DNA of 63,501 nt, filler included, from Deltaproteobacteria bacterium (GCA_030698575.1; 8 parts of 8 records of this genome joined end to end with filler, not necessarily neighbours in it), one strand, 5' to 3'; positions 50,355-63,501 are shown, counted from the whole stretch's first letter. Program-made: numbers and translations. The notes: generated from the sequence alone by a model not told the origin.

Positions 50355-50525
50355 ATGGGAAAGCTGAGAAATGCGGGCAGGCTGATGAAGGATCTGGCCG
50401 AGTTCATGAAAGAGGACAAGCTCTGGTGGCTCTCGCCCGTCATCATCGTCCTCGTCGTGCTCGGCGTGTTCATCGTTTTCGTGCAGGGATCGGCCCTGGC
50501 GCCGCTGATTTACGCCATGTTCTAG
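50355..50525 (+). CDS. DUF5989/SxtK-like small membrane protein (absent from the ORF track)
   Basis: KLWWLSPVII..QGSALAPLIYAMF; GGAGG RBS. Confidence 0.85.
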   Translation: MGKLRNAGRLMKDLAEFMKEDKLWWLSPVIIVLVVLGVFIVFVQGSALAPLIYAMF

Positions 50526-50625
50526 GACCGCCTGTTCCAGGACGGACATGCTCTGGTTCAGTGGTGTCCCGGGTTGGCGGTGCGCCGGCCCGGCGAGATG
50601 CGGGGCCGGGGACGCCGGGGGAACG

Positions 50626-51360
50626 ATGGGTCCTGTGCGTCGGATGCCTGTGCGTCGGATGATCGATGCGTGGCGCCGGATCGGCGACCTTCTGGACGCC
50701 ACGCTCGCGGGGCCGCACCCGGCCCGGCGGTACCTGGTGCTCGCTCTCGCCGTGGCGATCATGTGGTGGCTCTATGTGCCGCTGCACGAGCTTGCTCACG
50801 CGGGCGGCTGCGTGTCCTGCGGCGGCGAGGTGCGGCGCATGACGCTTGCACCGGCCTACGGGGGCAGCATCGCCGCCCGCCACTTTGCCTGGATCGACGA
50901 CGATACTCCCTATGCGGGCCAGCTGGCCGACTTCACGACTGGCAACTCGGATCTCTGCTACCTCTGGCTCGTGCTCGCTCCCTATCTTGCGACGCCGCTG
51001 GCGCGGCCGCTGTTCCGGAGGGCGGGACGCGGCGGCGCTCCGATCGCCTTCGCTGCGGGGGCGATCCTCGCATCGGCGCCGCTGGTGAGCATCCCGGGCG
51101 ACTTCTACGAAGCCGCCTCGATTGTCGTGACGCGGGTGGCCGCATCCGCGCTCCCGAATGTCGACGCGCTTCGGAGCGACGATCTTCCGGCGCTCGTGAC
51201 GCGCCTGGCGTCGCCCGGGGCGGGCACCACGCCCGCGGACTGGGCGCTGGTGGCGGGCGCGGCGCTTCTCGGCGCCCTAGCTGCGCTCGCGCTCACGACG
51301 TTCGCGATCCCGGCGCCGGATGTGGCGCACAGGGAGAACGAGAGCGCTGGACATCGATAG
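50626..51360 (+). CDS. Membrane protein with HExxH motif (M50-like)
   Basis: YVPLHELAH, LAPY, PGDFYE, multiple TMs. Confidence 0.6.
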   Translation: MGPVRRMPVRRMIDAWRRIGDLLDATLAGPHPARRYLVLALAVAIMWWLYVPLHELAHAGGCVSCGGEVRRMTLAPAYGGSIAARHFAWIDDDTPYAGQLADFTTGNSDLCYLWLVLAPYLATPLARPLFRRAGRGGAPIAFAAGAILASAPLVSIPGDFYEAASIVVTRVAASALPNVDALRSDDLPALVTRLASPGAGTTPADWALVAGAALLGALAALALTTFAIPAPDVAHRENESAGHR

Positions 51361-51414
51361 GGGTGTTCGATAGCGTTGGCGCTGCCCGCCTTGGCGGGTA
51401 GCCGATTCTATTCA

Positions 51415-51502
51415 GCCAGGGTGGCGGAACTGGTAGACGCAGGAGACTTAAAATCTCCCGGGCCGAAAGCTCTTCCGGGTTCGAATCCCGGCTCTGGCAC
51501 CA
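51415..51502 (+). tRNA. tRNA-Leu (TAA)
   Basis: Cloverleaf with long variable arm, anticodon TAA, encoded CCA. Confidence 0.96.
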
Positions 51503-51795
51503 AATCTTTCCATCTCGATCCTTCCATTGCGGAAGCACCCTCCAGCGGATTGACCCCGTGCAAGCGGCGCTGAATCGCGCTGCGAGCCCCGTTCACGCGT
51601 TCTTCCGGGGCTCGGGGCTCAGCTTTTACGGGCTGCACGCGATCCTTCCCCACATGACGACCGGTCGATCGAAATTGGCCAATTGACAATTGCCCGGGAA
51701 TGGTGTTTTTTGTGGCGTCTGCTCCGGGCGGCGCGCCTGCGCCGCGCTTGGCGGCTGCCTGCAACGCTATTCCTAATGACGATGGGGGATCTGCA

Positions 51796-52311
51796 ATGAG
51801 CATGCTGGAGAATTCACGGATGGGGCGGGGCCTGGCGATGGGTCTTGGCGCCGTCAGTCTGACCCTGCTCCTGGCCTGTGGCGGCGGGACCGAGCCGACC
51901 GGTGAGACGGTGGTCGAAGAGGATGTCGTGGTCGAGGAGTCGGCTCCCGCGCCTGACGCCGCTCCGGCCGGGGAAGCCGCTGCGCCGACCGCCGCCGCGG
52001 GTGGCGCCGGCAACGCCGATCAGGGGAAGGCCATCTACGCCACCTACTGCGGCGCCTGCCACGGCACGGGCGGCACGGGCGACGGACCGGCCGCCGCGAC
52101 GCTCACGACCAAGCCGCGCAATCACACGGACGGCGCGTTCATGAACGCCCTGCCCAATGAAGAGATCTTCAAGGCCATCAAGGAAGGGGGCGCGTCCGTC
52201 GGGAAGTCGAACCTGATGCCGGCCTGGGGCGCCACGCTGAACGACGCGCAGATCCAGGACGTGGTCGCCTTTGTTCGCTCTCTGGCGGTCCCGCCCTACC
52301 AGGGTCAGTAA
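51796..52311 (+). CDS. Monoheme cytochrome c lipoprotein
   Basis: LLAC lipobox, CGACH, MPAW. Confidence 0.92.
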   Translation: MSMLENSRMGRGLAMGLGAVSLTLLLACGGGTEPTGETVVEEDVVVEESAPAPDAAPAGEAAAPTAAAGGAGNADQGKAIYATYCGACHGTGGTGDGPAAATLTTKPRNHTDGAFMNALPNEEIFKAIKEGGASVGKSNLMPAWGATLNDAQIQDVVAFVRSLAVPPYQGQ

Positions 52312-52339
52312 TCGCGAACTGGAACCGTAGAAATGGAAT

Positions 52340-52374
52340 GAGGCTCCGGAGAATTCTCCGGAGCCTCTTTTTTT
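52340..52374 (+). terminator. Intrinsic terminator
   Basis: GAGGCTCCGGAGAATTCTCCGGAGCCTC followed by T7. Confidence 0.88.
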
Positions 52375-52417
52375 GCGCGCCGCTGGCCGGCGGACCATTC
52401 CTGCCGGGCCGGGCGGT

Positions 52418-52636
52418 TCAGCCGATCGTCGAGCCGCCGTCCACGACCATGATGTGGCCCGTCACGTAGCTGGATGCGTCGGACGCCAGATAGAGCGCCG
52501 CCCCGGCGATCTCATCCGGCTGGCCGTGCCTGCCCAGGGGGATCATCTTGAGCGCCTCCTGGTAGATCTCGGGGGTGTTGATCAGCGCGCTCGCGAAGGC
52601 CGTCTCGATGAGCCCCGGCGCGATGCAGTTCACCCG
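52418..52636 (-). CDS. SDR oxidoreductase C-terminus (partial)
   Basis: RVNCIAPGLIET..PLGRHGQP..YLASDASSYVTG..VDGG. Confidence 0.9.
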   Translation of the reverse strand, partial: RVNCIAPGLIETAFASALINTPEIYQEALKMIPLGRHGQPDEIAGAALYLASDASSYVTGHIMVVDGGSTIG

Positions 52637-52736
52637 NNNNNNNNNNNNNNNNNNNNNNNNNNNNNNNNNNNNNNNNNNNNTTAATTAATTAANNNNNNNN
52701 NNNNNNNNNNNNNNNNNNNNNNNNNNNNNNNNNNNN
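52637..52736. other. Artificial contig linker
   Basis: N44-TTAATTAATTAA-N44. Confidence 0.99.
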
Positions 52737-52737
52737 G

Positions 52738-53229
52738 CTCTACCGGGCGATGAAGGCCCGCGGGAAGACGGTCGACGAAGTCATGCGGATTTGCATCGAG
52801 GCGGCGGATGACTTCTTCGCCGGGTTTCCGCCGGCAGTTCTTCGTCTCGCCGGAAAGCTGGCCGACGGCCGGCTCGCGCGGAATGCGATGAAGAACCAGG
52901 CCGACCGATCGAAGGCCCGGCGGCATCCCGAAGACTTTGTCTATGAGGTTCGTGAAGGGGGCGGTGACGACCTGGTCCTCGAGTTCACGGAGTGCGCGGT
53001 GAACAAGCTCTACGAGGCGCAGCAAGTGGAAGAGCTGAAGCCTTTCTGCAATTTCTTCGACGTCGTTTACAGCCGGCGGATGGGGCTTGGCCTCGACGCC
53101 CACGAGACCATCGGACAGGGCTGCAACGTCTGCCGCCTTCGGTACAAGCGCGGGCGCGAGACGCGCGTTCCCGAGCGGCTCGTGTCGCTCCTTCCGCCCG
53201 TGCAGGGCGATGGGAAAGGAAGCGCATGA
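52738..53229 (+). CDS. L-2-amino-thiazoline-4-carboxylate hydrolase-like protein (5' truncated)
   Basis: FTECAV..FCNFFD..TIGQGCNVC Cys pattern. Confidence 0.7.
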   Translation, partial: LYRAMKARGKTVDEVMRICIEAADDFFAGFPPAVLRLAGKLADGRLARNAMKNQADRSKARRHPEDFVYEVREGGGDDLVLEFTECAVNKLYEAQQVEELKPFCNFFDVVYSRRMGLGLDAHETIGQGCNVCRLRYKRGRETRVPERLVSLLPPVQGDGKGSA

Positions 53230-53654
53230 ACGCCAAACCGAAAGTCCTTGCGTTCGCGGGCAGCACCCGCGGCGATTCGTTCAACAAAAAACTCGTGCGC
53301 ATCGCTGCCCGGGGCGCCGAGAAGGCCGGAGCGACTTGCACGGTGATCGATCTTCGAGATTTCCCGATGCCGATCTACGATGGGGATCTCGAGGCCGCCG
53401 AGGGACTCCCGAAGCACGCGAAGCGTCTGAGAGATCTGCTCATCTCCCCGGGCGGGCTGGGCGGGCTCCGCGGCCTTGTTCACCTGAGGGCGATCCTGGG
53501 TAACATCGGTTGCCTGGTCGTTCCCGATCAGTTCGCCCTGCGGGGCGCCCACAAGGCTTTCGATGAATCGGGCGAGCTGGCCGACCCGAAGCAGGCGGCC
53601 CAGGCTGAGCAGATCGGCGCTGTCGTGGCGGAAATGGCCGGCAAACTCGGGTAA
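53226..53654 (+). pseudogene. NADPH-dependent FMN reductase with an in-frame internal deletion
   Basis: GSTRGDSFNKKL and SPGGLGGLRG are present, but the ASPEYN..LKNAIDW..GK segment is missing. Confidence 0.7.
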
Positions 53655-53778
53655 GCGGAGGACGTTCCCCAGGCGACGCAGGACAGTTGCGAGCGGGTCC
53701 TAAAACAAATAGATTACCCGCGCAATCGAGTGGTACCCTGCGGTGTAGGCCAGGTTGACCTTCGTGAAAGGAGGGATC

Positions 53779-54030
53779 ATGAAGTTTCTAAAACTGTTTG
53801 GGGTGTTGATGCTGGGGTTGACACTTCTCGCGCCGATCTCCTGCGGCGGTGGTGACGACAAGGGCGCCTTCGAGCAGGCCGGCGAGCAGCTCGATGAGGC
53901 GGTTCAGGACGCAACGGAGGCGGCCCAGGATGCCGCCGAGGGCGCGACGGACGCGGCGGATGAGGCGATGGATAACGCGCAGGAAGCCGTCGATGAAGCC
54001 CAGGAAGACATGGACGACGCCACAGAGTAG
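53779..54030 (+). CDS. Small acidic lipoprotein
   Basis: Signal peptide ending ISC; D/E/A-rich repeats. Confidence 0.75.
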   Translation: MKFLKLFGVLMLGLTLLAPISCGGGDDKGAFEQAGEQLDEAVQDATEAAQDAAEGATDAADEAMDNAQEAVDEAQEDMDDATE

Positions 54031-54128
54031 ACGATGCTTATCAGATGACGCCTCTGGCAGACGACGGCCTGGCCTCCGCGCCAGGCCGTCGTTGCTCCGG
54101 CCCCGACTTCCCGCCGCGCACGTGACAC

Positions 54129-55259
54129 ATGGCACCCCACATGTTCTTGTTGACTCCTCTGCCAACGACCCTTTCAAGCCGAAGACGCGCTCTCTTCAGG
54201 ATTCTGGTGGCCCTCCTGTCGACTTGCCTGACGCTTCTCATCATCGAGGGAGCGCTCAGGGTGCGTCATGGCGGTCTCACGAGTGCTCCTCCCGGGCACT
54301 ACGCGGGCATGGCGCTCGAGATTCTCCGCTCGAGCTACCCGGCGACTTACGATCCGCTTCTCGGTTACAAGCCCGAACCCGGCGCGGCAGGGCGTGAGAA
54401 CCCCTGGAAGACCACCGTCACGATCACGGAGGACGGCTTCCGGAGCAACGGCCGCGGCACCCCGCCGACAGGCGGACCTCCAGTCGTTGCCGTGGGAGAC
54501 TCCTTCACATTCGGGGATGAGGTGAGCGACGGCGAGACCTGGCCGGCTTACCTCGAGCAGGCGCTCGGGCGGCCGGTCCTAAACGCAGGCGTGTTCGGCT
54601 ACGGGCTCGATCAGGCGGTCCTGCGCGCGGAGGCGATCGTCGAAACGACCCGACCGGCGATCCTCATCGTCAGTATCACGCCCGACGACATCGCTCGCTG
54701 CGAGTACTCCTACCGCTTTGCCTGGAAGCCTTACTTCGATCTCGCAGGCGGCGATCTGGTGTTGCGGAACATCCCGGTGCCGGTCCCGGGCACACCGGCG
54801 GGCGGCGACAGGCTGTTCCCGACCCTGCTTCGGCGGAGCCACCTGGTGAGCATGGTCGTGCGGGAGCTGGATCCGGACCGCTGGGCGATTCCGGAATCGA
54901 TCCGCGTTCACGACGACGGGCTGGAGGTGTCGAAACGCCTGCTCGACCGGATCGCCGGGTTTGGGCGCGAGCGCGGCGTGCGGGTCGTGTTCATGGCGCA
55001 GTGGGCGCCGGGGCCGGACTACCGCAAGGCGCGCGCGCTGGTTGCGCACGCCCGGGAGGCGGGCATCGAGGCCCTCGATCTGGAGCGGCCCCTCAATCGC
55101 ATGCTGCCGCCAAATCTTGACGAGGTGGCCCGTTGGGGCCGTTTGTTCAACGTGGACGAGGAGGGCGGGCGACTCCGAATCGGGCACAAGAATCCGCAAG
55201 GCAACAAGGCGGTCGCGGAGATCCTCGCGGAGCACCTGGGGGCGCCGACCAACCGATAA
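54129..55259 (+). CDS. SGNH/GDSL-like membrane-anchored protein
   Basis: YDPLLG, GDSFTFG, NAGVFGYGLDQ, GH.N..GN. Confidence 0.85.
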   Translation: MAPHMFLLTPLPTTLSSRRRALFRILVALLSTCLTLLIIEGALRVRHGGLTSAPPGHYAGMALEILRSSYPATYDPLLGYKPEPGAAGRENPWKTTVTITEDGFRSNGRGTPPTGGPPVVAVGDSFTFGDEVSDGETWPAYLEQALGRPVLNAGVFGYGLDQAVLRAEAIVETTRPAILIVSITPDDIARCEYSYRFAWKPYFDLAGGDLVLRNIPVPVPGTPAGGDRLFPTLLRRSHLVSMVVRELDPDRWAIPESIRVHDDGLEVSKRLLDRIAGFGRERGVRVVFMAQWAPGPDYRKARALVAHAREAGIEALDLERPLNRMLPPNLDEVARWGRLFNVDEEGGRLRIGHKNPQGNKAVAEILAEHLGAPTNR

Positions 55260-55276
55260 GTGCGGACCCGGAAGCG

Positions 55277-55303
55277 ATAAGTCAATAAGTCACGCCTGAC
55301 CCC
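55277..55303. repeat. 27-bp dispersed REP-like repeat, copy 2
   Basis: Identical to 27343-27369; followed by CCCCATT iterations. Confidence 0.8.
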
Positions 55304-55413
55304 ATTCCCCAGACCCCATTCCCCATTCCGGCGCCTGGTTCCAATCTTCGGGCATCGGTGCGATGATGGTGCGGACAACGGCTGAAGTCTTCCACCCTGG
55401 AGGGTAAAACCCG

Positions 55414-55869
55414 GTGAAAAGAAACACCTTGTCATTCGTCGTCGTTCTGTTCGCATTCGCAGTATTGCTTGCCCCGGGGCGGAGCTGGGGGGAGAGCACG
55501 CCCTGGGATCAGTCGGGGGTGACGGTTGTGGCGACCTCGTTCGTCGAGGCCGTGAAAAAGGTCGAAGCCGAGCTGGAGGCGGACACAGAAGGCGCCGACG
55601 TGGTGGCCACTCGGAAACGACTCGCTCTCATCGGCGACGTGAAACGCCTGCGTGAGGCTGCTGGCGCGCTCGCCGCCGATCTAGAGAATGGGCAGGGCTA
55701 CGAGGAGACCCTGCCGCGCTACAAGACCCTGCAGGAGATTCGCGAGACCGCGGCACGCCAGGGGCGGATGATCCTGGATCCGGAGTCACCGAGCGCGAGC
55801 ATCGTTGCCGCCCGTAAGCTTCTCGTCGAGCTTTCGGCCTACTACCACGACGAGCCGAAATTTCCCTGA
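55414..55869 (+). CDS. Secreted helical hypothetical protein
   Basis: Signal peptide; WDQ..V motif; GAGGG RBS. Confidence 0.65.
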   Translation: MKRNTLSFVVVLFAFAVLLAPGRSWGESTPWDQSGVTVVATSFVEAVKKVEAELEADTEGADVVATRKRLALIGDVKRLREAAGALAADLENGQGYEETLPRYKTLQEIRETAARQGRMILDPESPSASIVAARKLLVELSAYYHDEPKFP

Positions 55870-55878
55870 GCCCCCGCC

Positions 55879-57048
55879 ATGAAGCATCCACCTCACATTG
55901 CCTTGCTCCAGCGGATCCTCGGCTACATCGAGACGAAGACGTTCGAGATGGAGGAGCGGGAAAGCGCCGTCCCGGTGGCGCGCTACACTGACGAGGCCTG
56001 TCATCGGGGCGAGGTTGAATCGCTCTTCAGGCGCCACCCGATTGCAATCGCGCATGCGGGACAGATCCCCGAGCCGGGAGGCTGCCTCGCACACGATCTC
56101 CTCGGGGTCCCGCTGTTTCTGGTGCGCGACGAGGGGGGCACGCTCAGGGCCTTCCTGAACGTCTGCCGCCACCGGGGGAACCGCCTCGTCGATACAGCGG
56201 CCGACGGCAAGGCCTGCCGCATGAAGTCGCTCGTCTGCCGCTATCACAACTGGACCTACGCGCTCGACGGCGCCCTCCGGCATGTTCCCCTGCAGGAAGA
56301 AGCTTTCCCCAATCTCGATCGCGCCGCGCGCGGCCTGGTGGCGCTGCCGGTTGAAGTGCGGCACGGGCTCGTCTGGGTCGTGCCCGATCCGCGGGGAACG
56401 ATCGACCTCGACGCGCATCTGGCCGGCATCGGGGTTGATCTCGATGTCTTCGGGATGAACGAGCAGGTCTTCTACCAGCAGCGCGCCACGCGCGTGCGCA
56501 CGAACTGGAAGCTCATCATCGACGGCTTCCTCGAGGGCTATCACATCCGGCGGCTTCATAGCGCCACCGTCGCGCCCTTTTTCACCGACGGTCTGGCGGC
56601 GGGTGATCGGGTGGGGCGCAACCTCCGCTTCGCCGTCGCAAGACGGGAGATCGCCGAGATCATCGGCCAGCCGGAGGACACCTGGGACGATCGCCGGCAC
56701 GTCTCCTTCGCCTACTTCCTCTTTCCGAACACCATCATGGTATTCCACCCCGACTACACGAGTCACCTGGGGATGTTCCCCCAGGGCACCGACGAGACGG
56801 TCTTCGTCCACACGATGGTCATTCCATGCGCGCCGCGCACCGAGGAGGAAGACCGGCACTGGCAGCGCTCTTTCGAGCTGATCGAGGGGGGCGTCTTTCA
56901 GAAAGAGGATCTACGGACGGCCGAGGCCATCCAGGCAGGTCTTCGCTCGGGTGCGAACGAGGCGCTCACGCTCGGGCGGGTCGAATATCCCATCCGCTGG
57001 TTCCACGCGATTCTCGACGAGGCGATGGGCGAGGCCGATCGGGAGTAA
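55879..57048 (+). CDS. Rieske non-heme iron oxygenase alpha subunit
   Basis: CRHRG..CRYHNW; NWK..EGYH..LH; ED. Confidence 0.93.
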   Translation: MKHPPHIALLQRILGYIETKTFEMEERESAVPVARYTDEACHRGEVESLFRRHPIAIAHAGQIPEPGGCLAHDLLGVPLFLVRDEGGTLRAFLNVCRHRGNRLVDTAADGKACRMKSLVCRYHNWTYALDGALRHVPLQEEAFPNLDRAARGLVALPVEVRHGLVWVVPDPRGTIDLDAHLAGIGVDLDVFGMNEQVFYQQRATRVRTNWKLIIDGFLEGYHIRRLHSATVAPFFTDGLAAGDRVGRNLRFAVARREIAEIIGQPEDTWDDRRHVSFAYFLFPNTIMVFHPDYTSHLGMFPQGTDETVFVHTMVIPCAPRTEEEDRHWQRSFELIEGGVFQKEDLRTAEAIQAGLRSGANEALTLGRVEYPIRWFHAILDEAMGEADRE

Positions 57049-57066
57049 GACGGGGGTGCGGAACGC

Positions 57067-58266
57067 TCAGGCGCGATTGTCCGGGCGGTCGACTTCCAGG
57101 GAGAGGAGGGCGGGATTTTCGCTCTTCACGCCCGCAAGGCCGTACTGCTTCGGGCCGATATACTTCATGTTGCAACAGCCGCTGCACCCGGCGTAGATGC
57201 GGTCGCGCTTGATGTCGCGCCGGAATTGCCGGAATCCCTCACCGTTCCAGATGTCGGGCACCATCTGCTCCCGCGAGTTTCCCGTGCGGAAATAGGGGCA
57301 GATGGTGTAACGCCCTTCGGCTGTCATCCCCATTCTCGCCCAGGCGCCTTCGCAGGTGTACTCCTTGGTGGTCAGCGCGCGGTCGTCGGTATAGTGCCGG
57401 ACGAACTCGTCGATGGGGAGGTTCGCGGGCGTCGTGCGGATCTGCAGGCCCAGCTTCTTCTCGAGTTCGTAACACTTGATGAGCTGCTTCCGAAGAAACG
57501 CGGGATCGACGCCCTCGGGCCTCGCCTGCGGAATCTCGATGTTGCTCGTCTCGGGATTGCTGATGAGCGTCGCGGAATGTCCGACGAGGTCGTGCTCGGC
57601 CATGAAGTTCACGAGATCGACGCCCAGGTCCTTCGCCAGGTACATGAAGTCAACCATCTCGTGAACCGTGTCGCGGGTGACGCACAGCTTGAGGTTGAAC
57701 TTGGGGAAGGTCTTCCGGGCCTCGCGGCGCAGGAGCACCATCTGTCGCACAGCCTCGACGGTCTTCTTCCAGCTGCCGGGCCGCTGAACCACCTCGTCGT
57801 GGCGCTTCTCGTCACCCTCCATGCTCACGCCGACGAGCACGAGACCGTTTTGCCAGAAGCGGCGCGGCGCCAGGTCGATATAGAGCTGCGCGATCTTCTC
57901 GTCGATCAGCACGCCGTTCGTGATGATGTGGGTGCGGTGGTCGCGGCTGGCGTATCGGATGATCTCGGGGAAATCCTTGCGGACGAGAGTCTCGCCGCCC
58001 GAAAAGGTGATCAGCCGCCGGCTGGGAAAGCTGTCGATGACCTTCTTGATCTCTTCGGTCGTGAAGCTCTGGACGGGGCCGACGGTCTCGACTTTCCCTT
58101 CGATGATGTCAAGGTACTGGCAGAACTTGCAGCGCAGGTTGCAGTGGTAGGTAACCTCGAGGAACATGTGAACGGGGGCAAATGCCCACCCGCTCCTGAA
58201 CAGGGCCTTGGGGACGGCGCCATTGAGCCAGACGATGCGCTCGAACAGTTTGCTCAGATGGAACAT
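57067..58266 (-). CDS. Radical SAM/SPASM domain protein
   Basis: CNLRCKFC, SGGE, C-terminal C..ICP..CSGCC. Confidence 0.92.
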   Translation of the reverse strand: MFHLSKLFERIVWLNGAVPKALFRSGWAFAPVHMFLEVTYHCNLRCKFCQYLDIIEGKVETVGPVQSFTTEEIKKVIDSFPSRRLITFSGGETLVRKDFPEIIRYASRDHRTHIITNGVLIDEKIAQLYIDLAPRRFWQNGLVLVGVSMEGDEKRHDEVVQRPGSWKKTVEAVRQMVLLRREARKTFPKFNLKLCVTRDTVHEMVDFMYLAKDLGVDLVNFMAEHDLVGHSATLISNPETSNIEIPQARPEGVDPAFLRKQLIKCYELEKKLGLQIRTTPANLPIDEFVRHYTDDRALTTKEYTCEGAWARMGMTAEGRYTICPYFRTGNSREQMVPDIWNGEGFRQFRRDIKRDRIYAGCSGCCNMKYIGPKQYGLAGVKSENPALLSLEVDRPDNRA

Positions 58267-58497
58267 GCCGCGACTCTCCCAGCCCTTCCAGGCTCATTCC
58301 AGCCCCCCGGCTCCAGGGGATTTTATATCAGATTTGCAAGCCGCGGGACAGGGGCCTCCCGAGGGCGGGCGCCGCCCCGAGGCATGTTTCCGGCCGGGTG
58401 ACAATTTTTGTCATCGACGGTGGCGCCACCTTTTACCTTCGGCGCGATGGTTCTTCGCCTTGACAGCGCCGGATGGCTCTGATAGACAATCAGGACG

Positions 58498-60397
<1,900 letters not shown>

Positions 60398-60447
60398 CCC
60401 CTTCGGACCCCGGCCTATCACCATCCCGGGGGAGATGTTAAAGCTGG

Positions 60448-60547
60448 NNNNNNNNNNNNNNNNNNNNNNNNNNNNNNNNNNNNNNNNNNNNTTAATTAAT
60501 TAANNNNNNNNNNNNNNNNNNNNNNNNNNNNNNNNNNNNNNNNNNNN
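60448..60547. other. Artificial contig linker
   Basis: N44-TTAATTAATTAA-N44. Confidence 0.99.
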
Positions 60548-60877
60548 ATCGAGGCGATCGAGCACGCTTTCCCGTTCCGCGTGGCGCGCTATGCGTTGCG
60601 GCGGGGCACGGGCGGGCGCGGAAAGTGGCGGGGCGGGGACGGCGTGGTGCGCGAGTACGAGACGCGCGTGCCGACCGAGGTTACGCGCGTAACCGAGCGG
60701 CGGCTCCGCGCGCCCAGGGGACTCGGGAAGGGCGGGCCCGGAAAGAAGGGTAAGAACGCGCTCCTGACGCCTGATGGCGAGCGGCGGCTGCCGGGGAAAG
60801 TCACCTTCGAGCTTCGTCCGGGCGAGCGACTTTCTATCCGCACACCGGGCGGCGGGGGCTGGTCATCGTCTTCTTGA
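60548..60877 (+). CDS. Hydantoinase B/oxoprolinase C-terminus (partial)
   Basis: EAIEHAFP..GGRGKWRGGDG..TPGGGGW. Confidence 0.88.
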   Translation: MEAIEHAFPFRVARYALRRGTGGRGKWRGGDGVVREYETRVPTEVTRVTERRLRAPRGLGKGGPGKKGKNALLTPDGERRLPGKVTFELRPGERLSIRTPGGGGWSSSS

Positions 60878-60945
60878 CATCGAGGAGGTAGCTGCGTAAG
60901 ATCGCGTTCCGGTATCCGACTTCCACCCTCGGAAGCAAGGCCGGG

Positions 60946-61743
60946 ATGAAAATCGCAGCCATTATTCCCGCACGGTATGGCTCTTCGCGTTTTCCCGGGA
61001 AACCTCTCTCCAAGCTTCACGGCCGATATCTGATACAGCACGTCGTCGATTGCGTCGAGCGTGCGCGATCGCAGGGTTTCATCGACGAAATCCTCGTGGC
61101 GACGGATGATCCCCGCATTGCCGGCGCGGCCGAAGACGCCGGTGCGCGCGCGGTGATGACGCGCGCCGATCACCCCACCGGGACCGATCGGCTTGCCGAA
61201 GCGGTGGATCACACCGATGCCGAGGTCGTGGTGAACGTCCAGGGCGACGAGCCGCTCATGCCCCCCGGGATGATCCGCGATCTTCTGGCCCCCTTCCGCG
61301 CCGACCGCGCCCTGCGGATGGGGAGCCTCAAGACGAAGCTCCCGGGTGCGGATGTGCTGCGCGATCCCAACCTCGGCAAGGTCGTCTGCGATAGCGAAGA
61401 TTTCGCCGTGACCTTCAGCCGCTACCCCCTCCCGGAGGTCCCGGGGAACGTTCGTTGCTTCAACCAGGGGCGTGTGGAGGAGATGGCGCGGGAGGGCTAT
61501 CTTGAGGTGTTCCGGACGGTAGGCATCTACGCCTACCGCCGTGATTTCTTGAAAGAATTCGCGAATTTGAAACCGACGCCCTTCGAGCAGCAGGAGCGGC
61601 TCGAGCAGCTCCGGGCGCTCGAGCACGGAGTCGCCGTGAAGGTCCCGACCACGGCCTACTTTTCGATCGAGGTCAACACACCGGCCGATCTCGCAATAGC
61701 CGAGGCGGCCATGGCGGAACATCGGAGCGCGCCCGGCACCTGA
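60946..61743 (+). CDS. kdsB: 3-deoxy-manno-octulosonate cytidylyltransferase
   Basis: IIPARYGSSRFPGKPL, GTDR, NVQGDEP, LEQLRALE. Confidence 0.95.
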   Translation: MKIAAIIPARYGSSRFPGKPLSKLHGRYLIQHVVDCVERARSQGFIDEILVATDDPRIAGAAEDAGARAVMTRADHPTGTDRLAEAVDHTDAEVVVNVQGDEPLMPPGMIRDLLAPFRADRALRMGSLKTKLPGADVLRDPNLGKVVCDSEDFAVTFSRYPLPEVPGNVRCFNQGRVEEMAREGYLEVFRTVGIYAYRRDFLKEFANLKPTPFEQQERLEQLRALEHGVAVKVPTTAYFSIEVNTPADLAIAEAAMAEHRSAPGT

Positions 61744-63426
<1,683 letters not shown>

Positions 63427-63440
63427 TGAGCTTCGCTCTT

Positions 63441-63479
63441 CCCTCACCCCCGACCCCTCTCCCGGAAGGCGAGGGGAGA
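63441..63479. repeat. REP-like palindromic element after pyrG
   Basis: CCCTCACCCCCGACCCCTCTCCC..GAGGGGAG. Confidence 0.4.
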
Positions 63480-63501
63480 TTCGACGTGCTGAGGCACGAG
63501 C

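Noticed and set aside
48287-50525. Saxitoxin biosynthesis (sxtI/J/K-like trio)
   Set aside because: No sxtA or other core sxt genes are visible; this trio is widespread outside toxin producers.

Overview
The window is not one locus. It is eight unrelated contigs of a GC-rich bacterium (probably a metagenome bin; the pilin and gene content look deltaproteobacteria-like) joined by seven artificial 100-nt N/TTAATTAATTAA linkers. Most contigs carry housekeeping or envelope genes: csp, RqcH/NFACT, GH84, pilA with GT-C glycosyltransferases, tsaD-rsmA-dNK, a kinase-dCMP deaminase fusion, an ATP-grasp/transglutaminase-7TM operon, P450, M1 peptidase, tnaA, SGNH/carbamoyltransferase/sxtJK-like genes interleaved with tRNA-Gly/Cys/Leu, an attenuated leuA, and kdsB-pyrG. 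The most unusual region is 16.6-29.2 kb, with two non-coding signals that the ORF track does not explain. (1) A family of about 8 degenerate, co-oriented repeats (up to ~270 bp) separates single cargo genes like cassettes. The repeats have IS-like CCTGTGG ends, an internal inverted pair of tmRNA/tRNA-3'-end-like sequences, and two hairpins with compensatory changes. (2) Three copies of a sigma70 promoter plus an ~85-nt terminator-ended leader RNA precede two cold-shock genes and a GT4-GH130 operon. Family assignments come from motif recognition only; no searches were run.
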